Part shown: positions 1 to 13,753 of the stretch, piece after piece | Numbering within the stretch: the stretch's first letter is position 1 | Layout of the letters: each line of letters opens with the position of its first letter | Origin: Calcarisporiella thermophila CBS 279.70 | Taxonomy: Eukaryota; Fungi; Calcarisporiellomycota | Direction of reading: 5' to 3' | Length of the DNA stretch: 64,000 nucleotides | Assembly (NCBI RefSeq): GCF_041956535.1 | Contig: NW_027192214.1 | Span: forward strand, 283,687-347,686 | The notes under the pieces: model-generated | What the model was told of the DNA's origin: nothing | Database searches by the model: none | What the model saw: only the letters and a program-made list of their open reading frames with translations | Translations under genes and position numbers: made by a program

Positions 1-707
1 ATGCCTATTTCTACGACGAAAACGGCCAGGATCAGCGATTACCTCACGAGCTACAGCCCAGTGTCTCGGTTTCTGCCGAGGAACTCGCCGATATTGGTGT
101 TCTCTCTTGGCAGTTAAAGGGAGAAGATGCACTTGATCGTATTGAGGATGTTTGCCGTGAACGCAACTATAAGAATCGGGATGAGGTAGGATAAATCCGG
201 AAAATATAAAGGTATAATGGCATTATTGACTTGGTATATTTACCTAGATAACAGTATCAAGAGAGGGCCTTGGCGAAGCATACGAGGCTAAGATAAAAAT
301 GTTCTTTGAAGAGTAAAATCTCCCAATATTCTTTCTACATTCCAGTTATAGTCAATGCACAATATCTTTATAGGCACATTCATGAAGACGAGGAAATTAG
401 ATTCATTCTTGATGGCACAGGATATTTCGACGTTCGCGATGCCCAAGATCGCTGGATTAGAATTGCAGTTGAAAAGGGCGATTTGCTTATTCTGGTTAGT
501 GTTGAATATTCCTCCTTATTTTGCCATTTATCTTGACATTGACTTCAATAATAGCCTGCTGGTATATATCATCGTTTTACAGTTGACACGAATAATTATA
601 TCAAGGCTATGCGCCTTTTCAAGGATGATCCTGTATGGACACCTATTAACCGGCCAGCTGACGCGAACCGGTTCCGCCAGGAATATCTGAGCTCTATCAA
701 GGCATGA
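1..707 (+). CDS. ADI1: Acireductone dioxygenase (methionine salvage); 5' end cut by the window; 3 introns
   Basis: Frame 3 reads [16 protein letters not shown]...RNYKNRDE. Spliced cupin motif [26 protein letters not shown]...[13 protein letters not shown]; TGA at 705-707. Confidence 0.95.
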
Positions 708-955
708 TAACTTAAAGTAGAGCTTAAATATTTTCCAAAGCGGTGTTTCGCTATTGTAGCATATTCATATAAAAAATTTAGTCGATGGTCATATTCTATG
801 ATTCGCAATCATCTTTATGAAGCTATAGGTCTATATATATCATTTCGAAATAGTGGAAATAAATGAAATGAATGAGAAGGGAATTTGGCCGCGCTCAACG
901 AAAGAATCCGCATCATCATAAAAGCCAAACGCTTGAGAGCACGTGTACTTATATT

Positions 956-1705
956 TCATTGCATTGATTCTCCTGTACGCGCACTCGTAGGAACTGGTGG
1001 TAGTAATGCAGCAGCAACCCTACGACCTTCTTCTGCAAGCATATTATATGTGGAAACGGCTTGCCACTAGCAATAGTGTGATAATTTAATAAAAAATATC
1101 GAAAAAATTGAAATTGCAATTGTCTACTCACAGTTGCCATCTGCTCTAACTGTATACCAAACGAAAACAAAGATTCCCGTAGTACAGGTGGAAGGGGAAC
1201 GAATGTTGCTCCTGTTCCAAATACCAACAATTCTATTCCATCACAGCTATTAGATTCGTATTGTAACTTGATTATCTATCATTTTACCAGGCTTTGGGAC
1301 GATGGTCTGGAATACAGAAAATGAATCGGGGGTCCATTTTTCAAAAACTCCTCCAACAGGAGAACTTCCTTTCTGCATCTGCACAATTCCTTGTCCTTGA
1401 GGAACATCCCATAGAAATGCCTCTTCGCCCATAATTAGGATAGGCCCGCGGAAATGCAGGCGGTTGGATAAATAGAAACCATCACGTCTTACTTGCTCGA
1501 TTCGAATTCGTCTTATTATATCATTTTCATCAAACATATTACGAAATGATGCTCCGGGAGGCGATTGAGCTGCCTCACTGAATATTTCTGGTACTTTAGT
1601 TTTAGGATTATTCTGCCTTACCGAGGAATTGAATGCATAGCGGGTGCTATATATCGGTAATGATCTACACAAAATTCTAGCAGATTTCAATGTTAGGTGC
1701 TCCAT
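956..1705 (-). CDS. NDUFAF3: Complex I assembly factor NDUFAF3 (Mth938 domain); 2 introns
   Basis: Mitochondrial-presequence-like N-terminus; motifs GPIL...FLWDV, PKPELLVFGTG and STYNMLAEEGRRVAAALLP. Confidence 0.9.
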
Positions 1706-1878
1706 TCCAAAATTTTAGAAGTCTTTTTCAAATTGGGCCTGTTATAGTCAAAATTGACGTCAACATATAAAAATAGGTTAGAGACTAATATTCTTTTATG
1801 TCAAGAGAATGTAAACGGTAAAATATAACAACAATAGAAAATGAAATCTAGAAAACTATAAAATTAATCTTTAAAAGG

Positions 1879-3049
1879 TCACTTTGTTTTAAACAAATCA
1901 AGATATTCTGCAACAAATGTGCGAAGTATGATAGCCCAGTTCGCAACCGTAGGAGGATCTATTGCAGTTGCATTATCCTAATTGATATATAAAGTTGATT
2001 AGTAAATAAAAATATCGTACAAGATACTAATACCACGTGATATAATTACCTCCTTCGTATGCCATACGGATGGGAAAGGATAGGGAATTAAATGAACAAT
2101 AGGAACTCCGCGCTGAAGAAACGGAAGATGGTCGTCACCAATAAACCCACCAAGACTACTGTAGACAGAGTCGACAGAGAAATATGACTCCTCATTGTGA
2201 CCGCCCTCGCCTGCATCCTCCAGTACTGGTAGCGACCACAGTCGTTTCTCAAGATTAGCAAAATTGTTGAAAAGCCACGAAGTGGTCGGGAAATAGTTGG
2301 GTATACGGGAATTTGCTGCTCCTATCAGATCAAGTAGTATAAAAACCTCAATGCCATCTAGTTTCGATGTTGCAGGCATGAAAGGAGTATCTGTTCGAAT
2401 AATATAGCTCTGATCCCATTTTTCTGCCAAGTGCCTGTATAAGAACAACGGTGAGTCTCCTAATTTCTTATGAATTAAGAATAATTCAATACTTTGAGCC
2501 ATAAATTGAATCCGTTTCACTCCATTTATCAAAAGCCTCCTCGCCATCAAAAAATATTATCTGCAAAGTAGTGTTTGATGACTGATTAAGGAAACTATCT
2601 AAAGAATGTGCTAAGTCAATAAGTAATGCACATGGGACTGCAGAATCAGTAGCTCCAATAAATTCCACATCAGTATCTGGAAAATATTTGGAGTCATAGT
2701 GAGCAGCGAGGACCAAACGGCGTGGAGCATCGGGTTGCTTGGTTACGATGATATTGGTAAAGGACTTTTCTCCTAGAGGAGTATGAGCGGTAAAAGTATC
2801 ATTATCGACCTCCCAATTCAGATTGTGGAACATGGTGGTAATAAATTGGCGAACTCTTTCATTTCCTTCCGTTCCAGATACTCTCGGTACTAGTAGAGGT
2901 TTTAGGAATTCTCCATCAACCGCAAGACGTGAGGGTTGTGATAGATCTGCGAGTTTCTTCAAGTTTTCATCGCTTAATACGGTATAACCAACAGTGTACC
3001 CAACGAACGCAATGCACGCCGAGAGGAACACAAATAGGTTTGCCCGCAT
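1879..3049 (-). CDS. QPCT: Glutaminyl-peptide cyclotransferase (peptidase M28 fold) with signal peptide; 2 introns
   Basis: LAAHYDSKYF, GATDSAVPCA, IFFDGEEAF, DSIYGSK/RHLA, LLDLIG, DDHLPF and PFPSVWH motifs. Confidence 0.93.
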
Positions 3050-4253
3050 GTTTATTTTATCGTGATTTTTTTTAAGAGAGAAATAAGGATAGCAGGAGCT
3101 GAACCATTCAAGCATTCAAAAATGTCATTACTATAAAGAGGCTTAGCTCTCTCTAAAAATACATTTAACTCCAGAAAATTTTAAAATAGTTCGATAGAAG
3201 AGAAATAATTCACGTTAGAGACTAAAAATCTTCGCATCAGATCTGACTAAAGTATTGAAGTTCAAATGCTCTCTACACCTCTGTAGTGACTCATTTTTTG
3301 TGATTTAGCGCTTCGATAAATTACAAAAATATGACTTTGAGGTAAAACATGAAATATCGTATGAGTTCTATTGTTAAACTTTGTTAAACTGGCACTAAAC
3401 CATACAAAAAGCCTGTTTGGTGAAAAAGTAGATAGCGTATAGAAGCCTGTTGAAAGGATGGAGAATTTTCGCGATTCCTAAAATTTTACGAACTTTTCAC
3501 GTATATTTCAAGATTTTTTAAAGGGGAAGGAGTTTATAAACTATAGTAATATTGTAGAAAAAGTATAGGGAAGTGCGAACGTAATTCTTACTACATGTTT
3601 CGCTATCTATATGTTATCTATTTGTTTTCACCAGGCGGAATTTTTGTAGGGTAACATTATTTGAATCTCGGATTAGATTACACTTTGATATCACCGCCCA
3701 CTCCGGGTTGTCCACTAAGGGACTACAGAAGATAATAGGTGATGTATTAAATATCATCGTTGTAAAAGAAAATAATTCTGCTGAGATGTTATGAAATGGG
3801 TCTAAATGATAATATGGAAAGCTACGCATTCAATTCATTGAGAACTAAACATAATGAAACATGAGCAAAAACAAAGTAAAATTTATCGTAGCCGCTTTCA
3901 TTATATTTACATAACTACATATCAGTTTGAAATGCAAGGAATCATCCAAACTTATATGTTGGTATTTTGATAGCTCAAAGCCTAAGAAAAATTATTGCCC
4001 GTCGGGTGTTGAAATTTTCTACTGAGTAGTATTACTTTCAGTAGCGAACACGTCTTGATTCAGAGATCTTTGTCAGACCGTTAGATCACTAGTTTCTCTG
4101 TGTTAGCTTACTATCTTTATCTATTTTATTGACTCTTTTTTTCTTATAATTGGAAAGAATTGCGCTACGCTCTTTCGATCTCATTTTTTTCAATTTAACG
4201 CGGAATAATTACTTAAGCACCCGTTGCGTAGCAATTGAGCGGAATTATTGGTG

Positions 4254-7200
4254 ATGCAGGGTCTCCGATTATCCCGGAGCAGTCTCCCGGTGATGTGCCG
4301 GCGAGTGTTACAGATAGCTTTTATGATACTCATTTGTGCCGTTTGTATGGTCCAAACGCAAAATGTAGGTCTTGCCAAGACCGGCTTTGAGAATCTTCCC
4401 TCCACGATCTTCTATTTTGAGGATTCAGGAGTCATTCTCTACTTCGACTCATTAAAAGGGAACGTATACCGCTCACCTGATGAGGGGAAAAGCTGGGCTG
4501 CTGTTAGTGGTGTTCCTCCCAACTCTGCTATTTCTTTGATCCAGCATCCATTTTCTAAAGACTCGGCAAGTTTCCCTTTTATTGGTGAACATAAGTGCTC
4601 AATCTTATCAATCCCACTTTTAATTTAGGCATATATACTGGTGGCAGGAACAACCCACTACAAGACTGAGGATAAAGGAGAAACTTGGCATTCATTTGAT
4701 GTCCCATTGCCGCCTGCTTCAGAATCTCAAGTTCTAGCTTTTCATGCAGAGCGACCGCGGTATGTCCTCTACTCTGGGACAAAATGTGATCATAACTCAG
4801 GCTGGTCAGGCAAATTGTGTCATGATGAGGTACGAATATTTACCTTTTTAAACATGGTATTTATATAAACTCTTTCTTTTGATATAGACATTCTATACCA
4901 AAGATGCATTTGATACCCCTCCTAAACTGTTATTATCATATACTTCCAAATGCATTTGGTCACGTTCCACCACCAATTTCCAGAACACTCCTGTGCAGAC
5001 CATTTTTTGTACTGAGTTTGCTTCTAAAGATAATACGGGTGTGTTTGACCGTGTCAAAGATATTCGTCTAGTACAATCGGACGACTTTTTTGAGTCAAAA
5101 ACCGTTGTCGCATTAGAGAGAGGAGCTGAAGTTCGCGGGGTGGTCGGCATAGGAGCTGTTGAAAAATTCTTAGTCGCTGCGGTTAAGGTCCTTGAATCAG
5201 AAGAGATGATTATGTATGTTACCAATGATGGCAAACAATGGGCAAAGGCCCAATTCCCCTCCAGCGCCGGACCTATTCATGAGCACGCCTACACAGTATT
5301 GGAATCATCTGCGCACTCGTTAGTTGTGGATGTGTGGGCTACCAGAGGCTCCTACGGCACACTCTTCTTTTCCAATTCCAACGGCACATTTTATACTAGA
5401 TCGCTTGAACATACCAATCGCAATAATGACGGAATTGTAGATTTTGAAAAGATACATGGTATATATAATATATTTTATATATTTCGTGTAGCATATCTAA
5501 CAATATTTATAAGGTGTGGATGGTATTCTCATTGCTAATGTGGTAGAGAATTGGAATATGCTATCTGACCAGTGGCGTGAATCATCTAAAAAGTTGCGAA
5601 CAAAGATGTCTTTTGATGACGGTGGAAGTTGGCGATATATCAAGAATGTCGTTAATATTCAGGGAATGAAATTCGATTGCCTAAATCAGCATCATGAGGA
5701 CGAAGGTGAATGTGCGTTGCATCTACATGGGGTTACAGTTCCACACAATTTCGGGCAGGTGTTCGCCTCTGCTTCTGCACCTGGGGTTGTAATGGGAGTG
5801 GGAAATGTAGGGCCTAATCTAAAACCATACGATGAGTGCGATACTTTTCTCTCATTCGACGGAGGATTGACATGGAGAATGATAATGGAAGGTGCTCGCA
5901 AGTATGAATTCGGTGATATGGGAGGTATATTAGTGATTGCCGATGATGAGAATCCCACAGACCATATCCACTACAGTTTTGATCGTGGCGCTACATGGTA
6001 TAATTTATATTTTTCGCCCATTTTCATTTCAAACAAATCTCTTATTCTCACGGATTTTTACAGGACTAAATTTGATTTGGGCATCAGTGTTCGTGTTCGC
6101 ATGCTGACAACCGACCCAGATTCAACATCGCAAAAATTCATCCTCATTGGCTCGTATATAAGAGGTGATCAAAAAGGAGACAGTCATCCTATATACTTGT
6201 TCCAAATAGATTTCGAGACACTTAACAAACGGAAATGTAAGATTACCTTTCATAATATGGAAAACCACCACCCATTAATCAAAGCTGTATATAACCAGGT
6301 GTTCTTGATGAGAATAATCCGGAACGCTCCGATTTCGAAAAATGGTATGCGCGGAATATGGAGGATGGCCCCGATTGCCTCATGGGTCACACGGTAATAA
6401 ATAGCAGTATTTAAGTAGAAATTGATCCTCAGCTAAAAATTTTTTATTTGATAGACAGCATATTGGCGTCGTAAAGCTAATGCAGATTGCTTTGTTAACG
6501 AGAAATTCAGTGACCCTAAAATTATAGTTAAAGATTGCGCATGTGATGACGAGGACTTTGAGTGGTAAGCCTTCTAGTTCACTTGATTAACGATAAAAAT
6601 TTTTCTTGATATTAATTGATCATCTTTTTTAAAGTGATATTAATTTTGTTCGAGACAATACCGGCAAATGTGTGCAGATCGGACCAGACGTTGTTCCAGA
6701 GTCTGCTTGTAGAAATGCTGGGGATTCGTACAAAGGCTCATCTGGGTATGCAAATAGTTATATTATTGGCCTTACATTTATCTAAAATAATTTTATTTTG
6801 AAGTTATCGCTTGGTGCCTGGCAACACTTGTGATAGGGAAAAAGGGAAAAAACTTGATGAGCCTGTTGACAAACTATGCAAAGCAGGTATGTTTATTTAC
6901 TTAGTAATTTTGCTTCCACTACTTACTCTATTTTTCTAGACCAAGTTACTGCTCCACCACTTGGAGATGTAAATCATAAGTCGGTACGTAAACTTGCTCT
7001 CATTTATTTTAATTATTATCCTCAATTCTTACTTTTATTACTCGTTGCAGACTATTTTTTCTCACGGCATCGATTATTTCTATTATTTTGCAAAGTCACC
7101 GGTCATTTTACTTAAAACTGTTAACAACCAAGTATGGAGAAGTGAAAATGAAGGTGAAGATTGGACTCAGGTCTTGCAAGATGCTGGCCCTATTGGTGTG

Positions 7201-10200
7201 ATGATAATGCATGAGCATGATAATAATCGTGCTTATTTCTTTACTGAGACGGAGCTATACAGTACCACAGATCAAGCAAAGACATTCAATAAGATTAAAA
7301 TCCCACTTGGTCCTAACAAACTAGATCTTCCCCTCCTGGATTTCCACCCGGAACATAGTGACTGGCTATTATTCGTTGGTGCAACTCCTTGTCCAGGATG
7401 TCATACCGAGGCCTACTTCTCGTCAGATCATGGCTCTAACTGGCAACAAATAGATACATGGGTGGAAAAATGCATTTTTGGGCGGGATGTTGCTTTCAAA
7501 GAAACGCCTGAAAGCACGATTTTTTGCTCCTCATATCGTAACAAGGATTCTCATGATGGACAGGATATTCTACTTGGGCATAGTACAGAGGCTAATCCGC
7601 TTCAGTTCTATCGTACTGATGACTATGGAAAAAATAAGGAGATATTATTTGATAATGTGGCCGAGTTTTACGTTTTCGAAAAATTCATGACAATTGCCAT
7701 AGTAAGTATATCAGATTATTTTTTGTTTTTTTTTTCAAATATTGGGTGTTAATGACTTGATATATAGGAAAAGGGCGAGACACTTTCTTTGAAAGTGTCT
7801 GTTGATGGCAATAGTTTTGCAGACGCTCAATTTCCCCCTCAAACCCGTGTAGATAAAAACGTAATCTCAAATGAATAGTCGTTTATAAAACTAGATAACA
7901 ACTTTTGTCTCTTTTAGGCATTCACTATACTCCAATCTACTACTGGCTCCATATTTTTGGACGTAATGCGAACAACCACTCAAAATCGGGAGTTTGGTTC
8001 CTTGTTCAAATCAAATAGTAATGGAACATTTTACACGGTTACTTTACCAAATACCAATCGCAATAGTAAAGGCCTAGTGGACTTTGAGAAAATACAAGGG
8101 GTAAACGGTATTGTACTCGTAAATCAGGTGATAAATGCTGAGGAAGTCAATATTGGCGGAACTAAAAAAGTCCGCTCAATGATTTCATTCGACGATGGGG
8201 GTCAATGGGAACCGCTTCGACCGCCAAAAGAGGACGCGCTTGGTCGTCCGATTGAGTGTCAACAAAAATGCCAGCTAAACTTACATGGTCGTACGGACAT
8301 CCGAGGGCCAGGTGCCGTCTACAGTGCTGAAGGCGCTCCTGGGTTGATGATGGGTATTGGGAATGTTGGAGAATCGCTTCTTTCCTATGAGGATGGCAAC
8401 ACATATTTAACACGCGATGGAGGACGCACATGGACTGAAATTCGTAGAGGCGAGAGCCTTTATGAATTCGGAGATCAAGGTTCTATTTTGGTAGTAGTTG
8501 ACGATGAGGGTCCCACCGATTCTCTGATGTTAATATCAATAATATTCTCTTTGTCCATAGAGATTCTTTACTGATATTGTTCCATTTTGATAAATTAGGT
8601 ACTCGTGGAACATGGGGAAAGATTGGTCTAAGTATACATTCGCAGATACTCCTGTTCGTGTTTCGATCTTGACAACAGAACCAAAATCGTCGACTCTAAA
8701 ATTCCTTATACTTGGTCATACTATCCCTACTTCTACTCACGAGTCACAGCAAGTAGTTATAAGTGTTGATTTTTCCGGACTCCAGAAAAGAAAATGTGTA
8801 CTCGACCCTAAAGATGACTCAATCAACGACTTTGAGCGGTGGTCTCCTCGCGATGCGGACGATTCCAAATGTCTCCTTGGGAAGGAGGTAAGTTTTAAAA
8901 TTCACACCATTCAAATGGACAGTTCATAACTGGTTTATCTTAGATTATATACTGGCGTCGAAAGAGCGAGAGACAGTGCTATATTGGAGATAATTTTGGT
9001 GATCCTGATACAATTAGCGAGGGTTGTTCCTGTTCAAAACAAGATTTCGAGTGTGATTTTGGTTATTGGAGAAATGAAAATGGTGAATGCGTTTTATTCG
9101 GCTATGACCCTGATCGCCCAGCAAACTGCCCACCTGGAACAAAATATATGGCCAGCTCGGGCTACCGCAAGATTACAATGAGCTCATGTCAAGGCGGGGT
9201 TGATCTAGAAAAGAAAGTAGAAAAAGTGTGTAGCGAGACTGATGGAGTCCAAATTCGTACAATGGAGTGGGATACCCTAATGGCTGAGAACTTCTATTTT
9301 GAAAACACATCCATCGTCCTAATGCGCACTGTCGATAACCAAGTATACCGCACTGAAAATGAAGGGTATTCATGGACTCGTGTTCTGCCAGAGCATAAGA
9401 TAATCCGAATTTTGCATGATTCGCATTTCAACGATCGAGCTTTCTTTATTACTGAGGGGACAACACATTTTGTTACCAATGATCATGCGATTACATTTGG
9501 TAAAATCGACGTCCCTATGAAACCCAACTTCTTTGATATCCCTATCATTTCTACGCACCCAGAAGAACGTGATTGGCTGATCTATGTCGGCCAAAACGGC
9601 TGCGACTCTTTTCTCTCAGAGAAATGCTTCGCCGATGCCTACTATACACAAAATGGGGGTGGTAGATGGGATCCGCTCGGTCAATATGTTCGCAATTGCC
9701 AATGGGCTCGTGATGCTAAGTTTAAAAAGGCGGATACTAAGCTGATTTTTTGCGAGTTTTACACTGAAAAAGCCGGTTCACAATCGAGATTTTTTGGAAA
9801 AGAACTGGAGCTCTATGCAAGCTCTGACTTTTTCAAGACTTCGCGCGTTGTCTTTAAAAATATTGTCGGGTTTGCCACCTTTGAGGAGTTCATGGTGGTT
9901 GCTCAACTTGGTGAATCTTTGCAAAATCTGCGATTACAAGTATCATTAGATGGCGATACTTTTGCTGAAGCTCATTTCCCATCTGGTGTGCATGTTAATG
10001 ACGTAAGATCTTAAGTATTTTATACTTTAATTATCAATGTTTCTAACTTATACTCATTAGGCATTTACTGTTCTTGAATCCTTGACTCATTCGATATGGC
10101 TACATTTGACCTCGAATGTAAAGAGAGGAAGTGAATGGGGTACGATTTTTACTTCCAACTCTAATGGAACTTATTACCGGCTTTCTTTGGATTACGTGAA

Positions 10201-11878
10201 CCGGGACGAGAAAGGTTATGTCGATTTCGAGAAGATGCAGGGTATTGGTGGGATTGCACTTGCTAACCAAGTAGTAAATCCAAATCAAGCCAACATTGGG
10301 GACCCTAAAAAACTCAAGACTTTGATAACATTCGATAACGGAAGCAGGTGGAAGCGTATCAAAGCACCTGAGAAAGATATGGATGGCAAGAGTTACAATT
10401 GTGGAGAGGTATTTTTTTAAAATTTTATTTATAGAGTTTAGGCTAATATAACTATTTTGTTGGAAATTTCATTCTTCAATTAGAACTGCTTCCTTAATCT
10501 CCATAGCTATACGGAGCGACGAAATCCTCAAGATATGTTCAGTAGCTCTCCAGCTGTCGGCCTGATGATCGGAGTCGGTAACGTTGGAGATACTTTACTA
10601 CCATATCTGGATAGTGACACGTTCATCACACGCGATGCTGGTGTTACTTGGACTGAAGTTAAGAAAGATGCTCACATGTGGGAATTTGGCGATCAGGGAG
10701 CAATCCTTGTTCTCGTTAATGATGAAGAGCCAACGGACCACGTTTTATACTCGATAAATGAAGGACAAACATTCCATGAACTAGCATTCACCAAACCAAC
10801 TGAGAAAGTGCGTGTCACAGATATTGCCACGATACCCGGTGGTACTAGCCGTCGATTTATTGTCTACGGAACCAAAGGCTCTCATCCAACAAAGCAAGTA
10901 GCTATACAACTTGATTTCACTGGCATCCACAGGAACCAATGTACATAATTTTTCACCATAATTGGATGATTTATATATCACATCTAAACTTATATTTTTA
11001 GGCAAACTGGATCTGGATCATCCAAATGACGACGATTTCGAGCTATGGAATCCAGGCGATGTGAATGGCGAACACTGCCTCTTTGGACGCGAGGTAATTC
11101 TTTAGATATTAATGTATAGAAAGGCACATATTTATATATAATTGTATACATATGTATCAGGTAAAATATCACCGCCGCATACTTGGCCGTGATTGCTATA
11201 TCGGAGAGAAAATGGTGCAGCCAAGAGCTATTATACGAAATTGTACTTGTACAGATGCCGACTTTGAATGGTAATTTATTTAGAGTTAATTTTGAAGGTA
11301 ATTTTAACTAAATGTATACATATTAATATAGCGATTACAATTATATTCGCGACAGCAATGACAAATGTGTATTGACTCCTGGAGCACAACCTCTGCAACC
11401 GACATGCACAGCAGACCAGCTTTATTACTATGAGATGACTGGATATCGCAAAATTCCCATTTCATCTTGCGAAGGAGGCGTGGAGAAAGACAAAGGAAAC
11501 AAAATATATTGTCCAGGCAAGGCATCCTCTAGTGGCATATGGGCATTTATCCTCCTGCTACCCCTTGGAGTTGCAGGAGTAACCGCAATTGTGTGGTGGT
11601 ATCGCAAAGGAGGACAAGTCGGAAGAATACGACTACCTGATTCTGTCTACGATACCCCCTCTATTTTCGGGAGAATAGCCTTAGCAGCGTATGGCTTAGT
11701 CGTTACATTATTAGAAAAGTTACAGCTCCCATCTTTCATTTCACAGCTATTTGACCGGGTGAGATATACCCCTCTTAGTCAAGAAGAGCCTGCAGAAGTG
11801 CTGATGGATGATTACCTTCCTAATGGCCACTCATACGACGATGAGGATGAAGTGGATGAGGAGATAGAAAGGCAGTAG
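4254..11878 (+). CDS. VPS10: Vacuolar sorting receptor Vps10/sortilin with three luminal Vps10 domains, one TM helix and a cytosolic tail; many introns
   Basis: Signal peptide; Asp-box (SxDxGxTW) repeats; three copies of SNSNGTxY...NR...G.VDFEK.xG, each followed by a Cys-rich 10CC module; [25 protein letters not shown]; tail with YTPL sorting motif. Confidence 0.95.
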
Positions 11879-12260
11879 TTCTGGATTTCTACATATTGCG
11901 TTTTTTTTCTTTTATCTGGCGGCGTTTAGAGCAACATTTTTATTGATTTGTGACTCTTTCTTGGATTTTATGTACGTGTAGCAAAAACAATTTTACGTTC
12001 TTTCATACAAATTATTATTAGCCACAGAGAAACAAGGTCTCAAAATCTTATCATCAAATTCCAAGACATAACAACCTTTTGAAACTTAACAAACAAAGTT
12101 TTCCACGACCGTGAGATAAAATCGAGAACTGTTAATTATTGTTAAAACATGATAAATAGGAATATGACATTCTCGCCAAAGTTGCAACCTGCACCCACGC
12201 ACCGACCTTGTTTCCGTAGGCAAAAGCCTCTATCTATGCTCGCTTTTAGCCCAACGGTCA

Positions 12261-12270
12261 TTATAAATAG
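12261..12270 (+). promoter_or_regulatory. TTATAAATAG: TATA box and/or MEF2/Rlm1 site upstream of the MADS gene
   Basis: Matches YTA(W)4TAR and contains TATAAA; lies about 130 bp upstream of the ATG at 12397. Confidence 0.4.
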
Positions 12271-12396
12271 CTTGTCTTAATAGTTTTCTTCCCCTTATTT
12301 TCTAGCAATTAATTCATCTATTTAGCTCAAACTCATTAAAATCTTATCTCCATTATTTTGAGCAATTATTTATTGTTTTGAATTTTTACTATTACT

Positions 12397-13554
12397 ATGG
12401 GCCGACGAAAAATTCAGATCGAGGAGATAGTAGATGTCCGTAGTAGACAAATGACTTTCCTGAAGCGCAAACATGGGCTTATGAAAAAAGCCTATGAACT
12501 TTCAGTTTTGTGCGGATGTGATGTTGCCTTAATTATCTTCAATTCCAACAACAAGCTAGTACAATATTCTAACGTAGATTTGAAGAAAATTCTCAAAAGA
12601 CATAATCAGGTAAGTATAATTAAATAATTTCTTTCGCTTTTGCTAACTAATTAATAAAACTTTTAGTTTAAAGGGCCAAGGGAAATTCGAACTAACTCCG
12701 ATGTAAGTTTAAATAAAATTATCCAAATATCATGAATCTTATGTTAACAAGTTTTATCTTTTAAAGTTTATTAAAAATAGCTTAATTAAAGAGCAATCAG
12801 ACTGTGAAAAATGGAGAGAGGAAAAGCGGAAACCCTCAATTAGAACGATTGCACTTACATCACCCTCGCAGCCAGCCACGCAAAACTTTCCTCGCGAGCA
12901 CGAAAATATGCCGATGGAACAGCATAACGATCCTCTGGTAACGTCTTGTACATTGCCTCATAGTGCTAATGTTTGCACTAGCTGGGATACAATTCCTTGT
13001 TCACATAATTTTGAGCAAACCGCAAGGCAATATCCAGAGGTTCAAACCACGAAATCGCAGGTCAAAGATCAAGAGTTTCCTCTGAGAAAATGTTCTGACG
13101 CTTCGGATCAATCTATCCTTGATACAGTAAATGATAAACTCTCACTTTTTGAGATGAATCAAGGGGTAGCGCATACTTTTCTATCTAATCAATCGGTAAT
13201 TTCTGGTCTATTATACATAATTTTCATAATAGGACACTAAATGTATAAGAGTAGGCCACTTTCCCAACTCGAACAATCAATGATGATGTGTCCTCTTACC
13301 ACCTTTCAACTTTAGAGCGAGGTTTCCCGCATGCTTCTCTCAACTATCCGGAGATAATGAGCAGCGAGCCCTCAAGTTCTTTCTCTATTACATCAAATAG
13401 TACCAATATCTTCAACTTGCATTTGCCGCACAATTCATCTGTAACTTCAACACGCTTCTCAATACCCTTTACGTGCATGTTAAAAGATCCAGTTTCAGAG
13501 GAATCACGTTCCGTAACTTTTGATTACAATCAATTATTTAGAAAGCAGTGTTAA
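12397..13554 (+). CDS. MEF2-type (Rlm1-like) MADS-box transcription factor; 3 introns
   Basis: MGRRKIQI...[44 protein letters not shown], followed by a MEF2 segment and a low-complexity C-terminus. Confidence 0.88.
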
Positions 13555-13753
13555 GTTATAGAGAAACGTCTAGTAAAGTTGAATTTATTCACACCAATAT
13601 GGCGAAATACAAAATCTAGTAGATTGAAATATGTGTATATTGTTCTATTGAAAATTAGTCTGACAAGTTGCTCTCTGTATTAGAAAGTCCGAAACGCTTG
13701 ATGAAATACTATTTACGACAGCGGTTAATAAAACAAATTTTGAAATTTAAATA

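Noticed and set aside
3614-3829. 71-aa intergenic ORF between QPCT and VPS10
   Set aside because: No motif or splice support; within chance length.
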